This document shows, piece after piece, positions 7,442 through 16,830 of a stretch of 64,000 bases of DNA. Position 1 is the stretch's first letter; each line of letters starts with the position of its first letter. A program made the translations under genes and the position numbers. The notes beneath the pieces were generated by a model that was not told the origin of the DNA, ran no database searches, and saw only the letters and a list, made by a program, of their open reading frames with translations. The DNA is from a virus, in the IMG/VR virus record IMGVR_UViG_3300013093_000020. One strand, given 5' to 3'.

Positions 7442-10400
7442 TTAGGCCTGTGCTTCACCCCAACGCAAGATCAAGTTAACATTGGTGTTGGTGCCTGATA
7501 CCTTGAATATGTTAATAGCCAATACGTCAGGTCCATTAGGGAATGTACCTCGTCCGCCAATGGCCGTAGAAGTCATTTCTTTCAATGCTGATAGATCTAA
7601 TGAGTCAGTGTTTCCTGGGTTACTGATAAACGAAAATACTTGTTCTCCTGGAAGAGCATAAGCTGAACCAAATTGGAATGTGATAGTACCCGCAGCGTTC
7701 AGTGTGGTATTAGAACTCTGTGTAAATGTTACCCTGTACACAGTTGTGGATGCAAAAGTACGAGCCTGTATGCCGGCCACGCCAGTGTTAGCTGGGAAGC
7801 TGGTCACGCTGGTGGCCAACTTAGTACCCACGCTTGCTCCACTGGCTAACCAGCTGGTGCCAGTAAAGAACAAGTAGTTAGTACCAGTGTAACTTGCGGC
7901 ACTGCCCTGTGCTGTTACTGTTACAGATTGACTGTTGCTGGCTCCACTGGTGCTGGTAGCGTTGGCGGCTGCACTCATAACAATTCTAGTATAGCTCACA
8001 GTGTTGATAACAATATAGCCTGTGGTAATTGCCGATATGGTCTGTCCACCTGTGATGTATGTTGACAGGCTCAAAGGATCACCTAGCAGTATACCGCTAG
8101 CGGCATAGTCACTGTCAGTGACCAAGAAGTCTGTGCGTCCTGTGCTTAGAGCACTACCATATGTAGCAGTTGCTGCACTGGTACTGGTCACTGAAACATT
8201 ATTTGCACCTGCTGTGCTGGTAGCATTGCCCGCAGCACTCATTGTAATACGAGCATAGCTAGTGCCTGCAATGGTAGTATAGCTAGGTGTAATTCTACTT
8301 ATAGTCTGGCTACCTGTGATATATGTAGATGCAGATAATACATCGTTTAAGGCAATGGTGCTTGAAGCATACGCAGACTGTGTGATCAAGAAATCACTAC
8401 GGCCGGTACTTAATGCTGAATTGTACACCGCGGCAACACTGCTGGTTATGGCAATAGCACCGATGGCAGTATTAGTAGCACTGGTAGCATTGGCATTGGC
8501 ACTCATGACAATTCTTGCGTAGAGTACACCATTAATGGTAATGTAGCTAGGAGTCACAGATGCCACTGTTTGTCCCGCGGCAATGTATGTGGCTACACTC
8601 AATGTGTCGCCTACTGCAATAGGAGTAGTTAAGGCTGCATACGATGCCTGTGTGATCAAGAAGTCATTTCGTGTGCTGTTAAACGCATATTGATATGTAC
8701 CGTTTTGAACTGCCGTTACAGCAGGAGCACTCACAGTCTGTACCACTGGAGCAAAGCCCACTGCGGTCAAACTGTTGGTAGCTGGATCAAATGATCGAGC
8801 TGTGATTGTGGTAGTGAATGCACCTTGTATTGTGGCTGTTGAAGTTGAACTTGAAGCTCCCCAGTTAACAGAACCCCCGCTGGCTACTTGAGCAAAACTA
8901 GGCTGTCCACCAGCTGCAGATGTATTCAAACTGGTCCAAGTAATGTTAGTTGGGTTAGTAGGATAGTTGCTGGGGTTTAACACACCCTGAATAACAATGG
9001 CACCGCCACCACTAACCGAGTCAGATGTGATTGATATATTTTCCAACAACATCTGCGCACGATTTAACAGTTCTCTGTCACCTAGGTCCCCGGTGATCGC
9101 ATTTGACACACTGGGTGCTAGACGAATTAAGAACGCAGTATTGGTAACACCTGATGCAGTAACACCTGTGGCCGCATAGTTAAAAATGTAACCACGGTCA
9201 TTGTCAAAGCCGCCGTCTGTTAAGAACGCTGAACCCCAATGGCTAACGTTTGGTGTGGCAGTCTGTCCAATTAATATTAATCCTGTATTGACTGGCAGTA
9301 CTGATGCAGGGTTTCCGCTGAATGTGCGACTAGAACCCGCAGCAAATTGTGTAAATGAACTACTGCGAGTTAGGCCAGTTAATGTGTTTGTAGTTTTGCC
9401 AGTATATGTGATTAATTCACCGTCAGCCCAAATTGTGCCCGCTGAGGGGAATAAGCTAGCATCTACCACAGTTAATGTAGTATCAGTGGCGGCGGCTGCA
9501 ACTGTGGTCTGTGTTCTTGGACCTTCGTTACTGACTTCGTAGCGCACTGGCTGGTTACCAGAACGCATATAAGCTTCGGTGTTGACGTTTGAGTTTTTGA
9601 TACGATGTACAGTTATGTAGTTACCTTCTGGACCGCGTAGTTGCCAATCAATAAAACCGGCACCATACCATGTCCATTGTACGCCTACCATTTGCATTTT
9701 GCTGACATTTAACTTGTATCCGCTGGGATTAAATGGTCCATTTGATCCGTCACAACGATCAATGTTCCATTGGCTTTGTGGAGCCAATTTATCTATGGTT
9801 TTAACTGCTTTAACACCACTGTAGCCATTTGCACCGCGATAGTCGGGGGTAACATAAATTTGAGTGTCACTGACTACACTAGACACAACATGCGTCATAC
9901 CTTTAATAACAATACGATCACCTTCAGCTAACTGGCTCAAGAAACGAGTGTTAGATCCAACAATACTGTTTGAATCAGGAGTTGCTGTAATTGTTCCAGC
10001 TGTTTGGAATGTGCTTGAACGATATCCAACAGCTACAGTTTGACCGTCATACTGCCAATACTGTCCGTTTTGTTCATCATATGTACCAGCACGAACAGTA
10101 GAACCATACCAATTAACTAAGCTCACTGTACATGGATCTACAAATGATGGTGTTGTGCTTGATGGCACACTTGTGGTCACATATTGGAAATTGCGTTCAT
10201 CAACGATGCCAGTCACTGTAAATGTACCGTTAAATGCCGAATCATTACAGCCGGTTATAGTGACTATAGCCCCAACTTGAAGTCCGTGATCAGTGTCATC
10301 AGTGGTTACAGTCACAGTAGCTCCTACTGTTAGACCCGATGCTGAAAAACTTCTGATATCATAACTAGGAGCAAGCAACAGGCCTGTATTATAATTAATA

Positions 10401-11563
10401 GCCTTACCAGACTGATAACGAATATACTTCTTGCTCATACGAATTGCTTGAGCGCCGTGAGCAGGACCGCCAGTGCCTAATTGTACTCCGCCATCAAATG
10501 GTCTGTGTACATAGAAGCAGTCTGGGCGAGCATATACAATGCCAGTTAGGGTAGTACTAGTATCGATAGTTCCTGTGGCACGAGCAGTATAGGTCAATGT
10601 GTTATTAGTAGGAACTGATTCAACAAAAAATGGACCTGCTGCGTATTGATGATTAGTGCCGCTAGAACTAATTGTCACCGTGATTGTATCGCTTGGTACA
10701 AGTCCGTGAGCAGTTAGAAATGTCACAGTAATTGTCGAAGGCGAGTTAGAATTGTTAACGCTGAAACTTGGACTACCGATGCTAGCACCTGAATAGAAAC
10801 CGCCCTTGCGTAACTGTGTGTATGCTGAACTTAGTAAATCTCCATTGTTCACACCAACTTTGGCTTTGGCATAGTATGTAAGAGAGTTTGTTGTAGGTAC
10901 TGTATTGATAACAAATGTACCTTCTGCACGACTAAAACCTAAAATGGTATTTAGATATCCTTTAACAGTGATTGGTGTACCTACACTAAATCCGTGAGCA
11001 CTGACTGTGGTTATTGTAATCAAACTTTCACCTGTGCCACCCGTACCACTCGAAGCATCTGTGGTAACTGTTAGCACTGCGGTGTCTGTCCCCGGTATTT
11101 CATAGATACTAGGATAGCCGCGCATTAGATCAAGTGTTTGCCACTTGGTAGGTTGTAGTCCATACTCAAAGTCAGCGTCAAGCATTGACTGTGGAGGTGA
11201 CACACGCTGGCGTTCAAATGCGTCTGTACTAATGCCAGTTTGTTTAACGAATTGAAATGGCGCTTCAAAAAATATCTGTATTGTATCAGTAGAACTCATT
11301 GTAGAAGTATCTACTGCTAGGGTGATAGTGGTTACACCATCTGTGTTTTGTAGAACTTGTGGAAAAGCCGCGGTATTTGCTCTAGAAAAACTTATGGCAG
11401 TGCCAGCAAAATTACTATCTGCAAAATTGTAGATAATAATGTTTTTTGTGGTGTTTGTTATTACTAATAATTGTTGTAGGTCATATTTTCCAGGTACTTG
11501 TATATTACCAATGCCTGCGGCTCCTGGTGTAAACACATACTGGACGATTCTGCTTTTTGCCAT
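7442..11563 (-). CDS. Large beta-rich virion structural protein (1373 aa) with three ~75-aa C-terminal repeats
   Basis: TAAATA at 11581-11586 and GGAG SD; HGF/HGL..GD..IT repeats; three R.DFL(I/V)T...YARI.MSA repeats; Thr/Ser/Gly-rich. Confidence 0.75.
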   Translation of the reverse strand: MAKSRIVQYVFTPGAAGIGNIQVPGKYDLQQLLVITNTTKNIIIYNFADSNFAGTAISFSRANTAAFPQVLQNTDGVTTITLAVDTSTMSSTDTIQIFFEAPFQFVKQTGISTDAFERQRVSPPQSMLDADFEYGLQPTKWQTLDLMRGYPSIYEIPGTDTAVLTVTTDASSGTGGTGESLITITTVSAHGFSVGTPITVKGYLNTILGFSRAEGTFVINTVPTTNSLTYYAKAKVGVNNGDLLSSAYTQLRKGGFYSGASIGSPSFSVNNSNSPSTITVTFLTAHGLVPSDTITVTISSSGTNHQYAAGPFFVESVPTNNTLTYTARATGTIDTSTTLTGIVYARPDCFYVHRPFDGGVQLGTGGPAHGAQAIRMSKKYIRYQSGKAINYNTGLLLAPSYDIRSFSASGLTVGATVTVTTDDTDHGLQVGAIVTITGCNDSAFNGTFTVTGIVDERNFQYVTTSVPSSTTPSFVDPCTVSLVNWYGSTVRAGTYDEQNGQYWQYDGQTVAVGYRSSTFQTAGTITATPDSNSIVGSNTRFLSQLAEGDRIVIKGMTHVVSSVVSDTQIYVTPDYRGANGYSGVKAVKTIDKLAPQSQWNIDRCDGSNGPFNPSGYKLNVSKMQMVGVQWTWYGAGFIDWQLRGPEGNYITVHRIKNSNVNTEAYMRSGNQPVRYEVSNEGPRTQTTVAAAATDTTLTVVDASLFPSAGTIWADGELITYTGKTTNTLTGLTRSSSFTQFAAGSSRTFSGNPASVLPVNTGLILIGQTATPNVSHWGSAFLTDGGFDNDRGYIFNYAATGVTASGVTNTAFLIRLAPSVSNAITGDLGDRELLNRAQMLLENISITSDSVSGGGAIVIQGVLNPSNYPTNPTNITWTSLNTSAAGGQPSFAQVASGGSVNWGASSSTSTATIQGAFTTTITARSFDPATNSLTAVGFAPVVQTVSAPAVTAVQNGTYQYAFNSTRNDFLITQASYAALTTPIAVGDTLSVATYIAAGQTVASVTPSYITINGVLYARIVMSANANATSATNTAIGAIAITSSVAAVYNSALSTGRSDFLITQSAYASSTIALNDVLSASTYITGSQTISRITPSYTTIAGTSYARITMSAAGNATSTAGANNVSVTSTSAATATYGSALSTGRTDFLVTDSDYAASGILLGDPLSLSTYITGGQTISAITTGYIVINTVSYTRIVMSAAANATSTSGASNSQSVTVTAQGSAASYTGTNYLFFTGTSWLASGASVGTKLATSVTSFPANTGVAGIQARTFASTTVYRVTFTQSSNTTLNAAGTITFQFGSAYALPGEQVFSFISNPGNTDSLDLSALKEMTSTAIGGRGTFPNGPDVLAINIFKVSGTNTNVNLILRWGEAQA

Positions 11564-11583
11564 TTAATTCTCCGATTCTTTAT

Positions 11584-12246
11584 TTATGATAGTGCCGCTG
11601 CCATGGCAATTGCCAATGATTTAATATTTGTTCCGCCAATTACCGCGGTTGGTGCTGTTAGTGTACCTGTAAATGTTGGACTATCTATTGGTGCTTTTAA
11701 GGCGTCTGATGCTGTGGTTGCATACCCATTTAGTGTGGTAGTTAGACTAGAACTAGTTACATATGAACCTAAAGTGGTTGTTAGACTAGAACTAGTTACA
11801 TATGAACCTAAAGTGGTTGTTAGACTAGAACTAGTTACATATGAACCTAAAGTGGTTGTTAGACTAGAACTAGTTACATAACTTGACAAAGATGCCGTAG
11901 TGGCCAAGGGTGCGATTGCCGATGCAATTGAACTGTTAACACTTGCTGTGGTTGCCAAGGGCGCTGTTGCTGTAGATATTGCTGAGTTTCTGTTAGTAAC
12001 TTCGGTCGAAATAGCTGTAGATATTGCTGAGTTTCTGTTAGCGACTTCAGTTGCAATCGCTGAATTTATGTTAGCTTGGCTGGCTAAAACTCCCGATCCA
12101 CCTTTGGTAACTCCGTCAAAAATTCTAAGTGTTTTGAGATCAGCATCATAGAAAATCTCACCAACTGTAAAAGTTTGAGATGTTAATACATTAGAATGAT
12201 ATTGTTGTAACCTAATGCTACGCTGAGGTACTATTGATTGTGACAT
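11584..12246 (-). CDS. Short fibre/coiled-coil structural protein
   Basis: N-terminal GEIFYDADLKTLRIFDGVTKGG fibre-anchor-like motif, 11-aa and 13-aa repeats, APIDSPTFTGT motif, C-terminal AIAMAAALS. Confidence 0.75.
   Translation of the reverse strand: MSQSIVPQRSIRLQQYHSNVLTSQTFTVGEIFYDADLKTLRIFDGVTKGGSGVLASQANINSAIATEVANRNSAISTAISTEVTNRNSAISTATAPLATTASVNSSIASAIAPLATTASLSSYVTSSSLTTTLGSYVTSSSLTTTLGSYVTSSSLTTTLGSYVTSSSLTTTLNGYATTASDALKAPIDSPTFTGTLTAPTAVIGGTNIKSLAIAMAAALS
11735..11880. repeat. 39-bp tandem repeat (~3.7 copies) encoding YVTSSSLTTTLGS
   Basis: GTTAGACTAGAACTAGTTACATA at 11741, 11780, 11819 and 11858. Confidence 0.95.
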
Positions 12247-12295
12247 AATGAGATCCCATTTCTAGTAGTATTTACCAAAAAACAGAAGCTCACTA

Positions 12296-12757
12296 TTATT
12301 CTGACTTGCTGTAATATTTATAGTTAACGCTAGTTGGGTTTTCACGATGTACACTGGCGCCGTTTTTAAGATGAAATCTTCGAGCTAACTCTGTTTGTGG
12401 GCTTAGAGTCACAATCGCTCGAATGTTTTCTGCGTATTCTTTTAACAACCATTCTGCAGCAGCTTTAATTAATTTTTGACCTGCACCTGGTTTATAACTC
12501 CAGATAGTGTAAAAAACAGCTACCTTTTTATCTTTGCCCATTTCTACAAGATCATCTTCGTCTTCGGGGACTTCGGATAACCATTGCATACAGGTAGCGG
12601 CAAGTATTTCTTCGCCAGCTTTTAATAGAAGAATTTCAGCAGCATCATTAATGCGTTGCTCTAGTGGAATATGCGGGCGGACTGGATCATCCTTTATAAC
12701 CTGAGCTAAAGGATCATTCCTGTCTGTTAATCGCATAAATTCCACTTTACTCTCCAA
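12296..12757 (-). CDS. Putative GNAT-fold acyltransferase-like protein
   Basis: AVFYTIWSYKPGAGQKLI resembles GNAT motif A and ARRFHLKNGA resembles motif B; TAAATA at 12770-12775; true start probably GTG 12745 or ATG 12736. Confidence 0.45.
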   Translation of the reverse strand: MESKVEFMRLTDRNDPLAQVIKDDPVRPHIPLEQRINDAAEILLLKAGEEILAATCMQWLSEVPEDEDDLVEMGKDKKVAVFYTIWSYKPGAGQKLIKAAAEWLLKEYAENIRAIVTLSPQTELARRFHLKNGASVHRENPTSVNYKYYSKSE

Positions 12758-12789
12758 TTATTATATGGGTATTTATCTCATACCTAAAA

Positions 12790-14205
12790 TTATAAGTCGT
12801 CGCTAGGTAGATTGTTTAGAAGTTCTCTTAATTTTGAACTTTCAACTGTGGCCTTGACCTTAGGTACATGGGATCCTTCTGACGGATCATCTTGTACGGT
12901 TGAGCGTTGTTTGATCTGAGCCAATAAAGTTGAGCCGGCACTTTGACTTGCAGAGTTACCATAGCCGTCCTCTTCGGCTAGATCAGTTATTCTCAAACTA
13001 TCAATATTAAAATCCAAATCAATCTTTTGTCCAACCCCGCTTGAACTACGAGTTTTCATTAGCTGAATTTGATAGCGTCCACGCTCACGCATAGCACGAC
13101 TTGTAAAAATACCAAACACATTGTCTGCTGTTTGAATCTTACTCAGGCCTCCTGAGATATGACTATGATCAAATTCAACTTCTTCTACAGCACCACGATT
13201 TAACTGTGCCGCAGTTACAAACACACAGTTCTTTTCTACTGCCAAATTACGCAATTCTTCCGAAACATATTTGTCTTTAATAAACAAATCTGCTGGACTA
13301 ATTTTCTTACTTTGCGGCATTAGCAAGTCCAAGTAGTCTACTAATAGTACATCTACTTTACGATTTGTCTTAATTTCATATTCTTTAAGATAGCTTCGTA
13401 AGTCATTTGCGGTCTTCCCAGACGGCATATACTTGACTTGGTAACTTCCTGATTTTTTCCCAATTACTCTGACCTTCATTTCTACTTCGTCTAGATTTTT
13501 AAAAATCTCACGAGTAGCCATACCTGTTACCATGGCATCCATACGCATTGATACAAGTTCTTCACTGAGCTCTAATGTTAAGTAGACTACATTAAGCCCT
13601 GCCAACGCCCAGTTTATGCCCAAATTAGCCAAGAACAAGGATTTACCTGCTCCTGATCCGCCAGCAAAAATGTTAAGTTCTCCACGGTTCATTCCTCCGA
13701 ACAATTTGTCATCAACGCTCTTCCATCCAGTTGATACTTGCCCGTTATTGTCCTTGATCTTCATAAGTCTAGCACGGGGATCTAACCAGTAATCTGTACC
13801 TAGATCTTTCTGCAATCCTACTTGTATCGCTCGTTTAATTTTATCCTCAACACTTCCGTATTCGCCCTTTTCAAGCATGTCAGCTGCTTCTAAGATAGCT
13901 CTCTCGAGGCCTTTGTGACGAGTAAATGTTTCAAAATCATTTAATAGCCAGTCAAAGTGCTCTTCTCGAAGATCTTGCGGAACTTTAAATGTCTGACCTG
14001 TTGCGGCATTTACGATTTCTTCTGTAGGCACAACATTATGGTCTTCTACATATTTGTTGATAAATTCTGCCGCAGTTTGTAGTCTGCGATCAAACAGAGT
14101 CGAATCAAAAATACTTTGACAGCGAGCAAATGTTGCGGCATCAGCCAACATCATTTCTAAATAAACTTTTTGTATATCGTATCCGTATTCTGTATTTTGT
14201 GTCAT
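12790..14205 (-). CDS. gp41: DnaB-like replicative helicase (T4 gp41-like)
   Basis: Walker A GGSGAGKS, TLEL, LLVDYLDL, TAAQLNR, TAD, KTR motifs. Confidence 0.95.
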   Translation of the reverse strand: MTQNTEYGYDIQKVYLEMMLADAATFARCQSIFDSTLFDRRLQTAAEFINKYVEDHNVVPTEEIVNAATGQTFKVPQDLREEHFDWLLNDFETFTRHKGLERAILEAADMLEKGEYGSVEDKIKRAIQVGLQKDLGTDYWLDPRARLMKIKDNNGQVSTGWKSVDDKLFGGMNRGELNIFAGGSGAGKSLFLANLGINWALAGLNVVYLTLELSEELVSMRMDAMVTGMATREIFKNLDEVEMKVRVIGKKSGSYQVKYMPSGKTANDLRSYLKEYEIKTNRKVDVLLVDYLDLLMPQSKKISPADLFIKDKYVSEELRNLAVEKNCVFVTAAQLNRGAVEEVEFDHSHISGGLSKIQTADNVFGIFTSRAMRERGRYQIQLMKTRSSSGVGQKIDLDFNIDSLRITDLAEEDGYGNSASQSAGSTLLAQIKQRSTVQDDPSEGSHVPKVKATVESSKLRELLNNLPSDDL

Positions 14206-14221
14206 TCTATTATTATACTTG

Positions 14222-15694
14222 TTAATTAAAAACTTTCACACCGTAATGGCGTTCAAAGTTTCTTGCATCAATATGGTCATTTACCATAGGCTGACCTTTT
14301 ATATTAAGACTTGTGTTCAGTAGCATAGGGCATCCGGTCCTAGCATACCAGATTTCTAAGAGTTCTCTAAAAGGTCCCCCATCTTTTGGAATAGTCTGTA
14401 CGCGACTAGTTCCATCACGATGCACGATAGCAGGATAAAGATCAGGATGCCTACAACGAGCGATGACCTGCATATACCTACTATTATCCCAACCGCGAGG
14501 CATATCAAAATACATATCAGTAAGCTCTTCGAGTATAGCTGGAGCAAAGGGTCTAAATTCTTGTCGTTGTTTGATTGCATTTACTTTATCCTTTATGTCA
14601 TCACCGCGTGGATCTGCTATTAAACTTCTATTGCCTAATGCTCTTGGACCAAATTCAGCACGACCTCTAGCCAAGCCGCAAATTTGATTTTGTGTAATAT
14701 ATTCTACAATTTCTTCATTAGAAGAACGATAACCCATGTCATAGCCTAAGAAATTATTCGACCAATCGGTATAGTCTTTCCAATGCGGATTGTGTGCTAA
14801 TACTGTTCCTATAGCACTACCAGCATCGCCCGGGTTAGGGTAAATCCACGTTTTACCGTAGTATTCTCCGGTCAATCTATTGGCACTACAATTCAAGGCA
14901 CAGCCACCCATTAGAACTAAATTGTCGCTGTCTACCATTAGTCTTGCCTTGACCAATATCTCATCAAGCCACTCTTCATATATACGCTGAACCGAAGCTG
15001 CAATGTCAAAACTATCTTTGATTATTAACTCGGGTGCCCAATCCATACAACCCCTATGAAGGTTTCTTTTCATTTTGAAACTGTCATAACGCCCTTTAAA
15101 GAAATCTTCATACATACGACCAATATGTTTATCGGCATCACCGTATGCGGCCATACCCATTAAAATATATTCGTCCTCATTAGGTTTCAATCCTATTCGC
15201 TGTGTCATAGCACTATAGAATAATCCCATGCTGTATGGGTAAGATTTACTAAATCGTTTCTTTAGTTTAGTTCCCTTTCCTTCCCAAATAGTAAATGTTT
15301 CGAATTCACCAATAGCATCTATTACTACAACACACGCATCATTGAATCCACTTGTATAGTATCCACCGGCGGCATGACTGAGATGATGGTCGGTATAGAT
15401 AATGGGCGCATTAATTTCATACCTAGCCATGTAAATATCGATATCATTATCACGGGCTTTCCAACCTTGTCCTGCCCACCATTGACGTATAGTTTTCTTA
15501 AAAGGCTTTTCGTACCAATATACACGGTCGGGATGGCCAAATCGTTTAGCATCCGCTACGATTTCTCTACACAAATCTCTGTCATTTTTATTACCGCTAT
15601 AACGCTCGCTATGACTGGCAAAAGCTAGTTTTTCGTCAGCAAATACTGCCAATGCCGCATCGTGGCTATTTGCACTTATTCCCCAACTGATCAT
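14222..15694 (-). CDS. Carbamoyltransferase (NodU/CmcH family)
   Basis: HDAA, ERY, HHLSHA, DAIGE, MGMAAYG, GGCALN, GDAGSAIG, EFGPRALGNRS, RPFAP, LLNTSLN motifs. Confidence 0.95.
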   Translation of the reverse strand: MISWGISANSHDAALAVFADEKLAFASHSERYSGNKNDRDLCREIVADAKRFGHPDRVYWYEKPFKKTIRQWWAGQGWKARDNDIDIYMARYEINAPIIYTDHHLSHAAGGYYTSGFNDACVVVIDAIGEFETFTIWEGKGTKLKKRFSKSYPYSMGLFYSAMTQRIGLKPNEDEYILMGMAAYGDADKHIGRMYEDFFKGRYDSFKMKRNLHRGCMDWAPELIIKDSFDIAASVQRIYEEWLDEILVKARLMVDSDNLVLMGGCALNCSANRLTGEYYGKTWIYPNPGDAGSAIGTVLAHNPHWKDYTDWSNNFLGYDMGYRSSNEEIVEYITQNQICGLARGRAEFGPRALGNRSLIADPRGDDIKDKVNAIKQRQEFRPFAPAILEELTDMYFDMPRGWDNSRYMQVIARCRHPDLYPAIVHRDGTSRVQTIPKDGGPFRELLEIWYARTGCPMLLNTSLNIKGQPMVNDHIDARNFERHYGVKVFN

Positions 15695-15804
15695 TTATAG
15701 ATAAACGGATCTCTCTTCCGTAGTTCCTCTAATTTTCTTTTAAATGCAAGATGTTCCTGCCATCGACGCCACGGATATAAAAAAATGTCAAATATTCGTT
15801 TCAT
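15691..15804 (-). CDS. 37-aa micro-protein MKRIFDIFLYPWRRWQEHLAFKRKLEELRKRDPFIYK (not in the ORF track)
   Basis: Start overlaps the primase 3' end; stop forms ATGA with the carbamoyltransferase start; fills the gap exactly. Confidence 0.75.
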   Translation of the reverse strand: MKRIFDIFLYPWRRWQEHLAFKRKLEELRKRDPFIYK

Positions 15805-16795
15805 ATTGTTTAAACCATTGTTTTGCATGCAATCTAATCTTCAACGCATTTTTTTCTTTGCTATTGATAATTAGCCATAGTGTAGCTAACCTTCCTAATT
15901 TTTTCACAGCATCATTGATGTCTTTAACATTCTCAGGCCATTCTGGCATGCTAACTGACCATCCAAATTCTATTGCCTGTTCTACTGTTTTTTCACCTGC
16001 TTCGTCACGATCGGGTACTAGTATAATTTCTCTGTGCAGCTGTTTTAACAACCAATTTTGGCTATCCTTAATTTCACTGCCTAACAATGCACAGCCATCT
16101 ATACTGATAGCATCAAACGGACCTTCGCTAACGATCACAAATGTCCGGTCGTGTGTTTGACAATCGAGATTAAACACATATCCTGGTTGTTGTTCGCTGA
16201 TATATTTAGGTTTAGCATCACCAACTGCCCTGGCAGTATATCCTACAACTATGCCATCTTTATAAAAGGGTACAATAATTCTGTTACTAAACCCTAGCTG
16301 CTTAGTCCAGTAAAAAGGATAATCATGTATACCAAGTCCTCTATCAGTAATATATTTTACTGCATAGTGAAGCCCGTCTGGTATCGAATAACCATCGTCA
16401 GTTAATTTTAAAAAGGTGGCCCACTCGTCAAAACTACGACTACCGGGCGGTAATTCTCTAGCATTAAATTTTGGAATTATATCTATAGTTTGGTCTGACC
16501 CGGAATCACTAAGCCTAAGTGCTTCAATTCCAAGTTTATTGATCACATCATCTGGCATGTTAAGGTCGCGCATAAATTTACGCATCTTTTGACTAAGTGC
16601 TCTGCCAGGTTGCCAGCTTGCTTTAAATCCACAATTAAAGCAATGATAACTAACAGCATCACCTGCATTGAATATTAATCCGCCACGTTGTCTTTGATCA
16701 TCACAGCATACAGCATCAAAACTTATCCAGCCGCTCGGAGTTTTTTTACGCTTACTAGGTAAGAAGTTTAGAATAGTATCCGTGATTAGGCTCAT
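15788..16795 (-). CDS. gp61: DNA primase (T4 gp61-like)
   Basis: N-terminal Zn ribbon (CC..YHCFNCG), RIIVPF, KY, TOPRIM EGPFDA, DRDEAG, KDINDA. Confidence 0.92.
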   Translation of the reverse strand: MSLITDTILNFLPSKRKKTPSGWISFDAVCCDDQRQRGGLIFNAGDAVSYHCFNCGFKASWQPGRALSQKMRKFMRDLNMPDDVINKLGIEALRLSDSGSDQTIDIIPKFNARELPPGSRSFDEWATFLKLTDDGYSIPDGLHYAVKYITDRGLGIHDYPFYWTKQLGFSNRIIVPFYKDGIVVGYTARAVGDAKPKYISEQQPGYVFNLDCQTHDRTFVIVSEGPFDAISIDGCALLGSEIKDSQNWLLKQLHREIILVPDRDEAGEKTVEQAIEFGWSVSMPEWPENVKDINDAVKKLGRLATLWLIINSKEKNALKIRLHAKQWFKQYETNI

Positions 16796-16801
16796 AGCCT
16801 A

Positions 16802-16830
16802 AGTATACTAGGAAACTGTAACAGAGTCAA
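16802..16830 (-). promoter_or_regulatory. sigma70-type promoter for primase (leaderless geometry)
   Basis: TTGACT-17-TATACT; ATG 6 nt after the -10 box. Confidence 0.8.

Noticed and set aside
11735-11880. 39-bp repeats as a CRISPR array
   Set aside because: Head-to-tail with no spacers and in frame within a coding sequence
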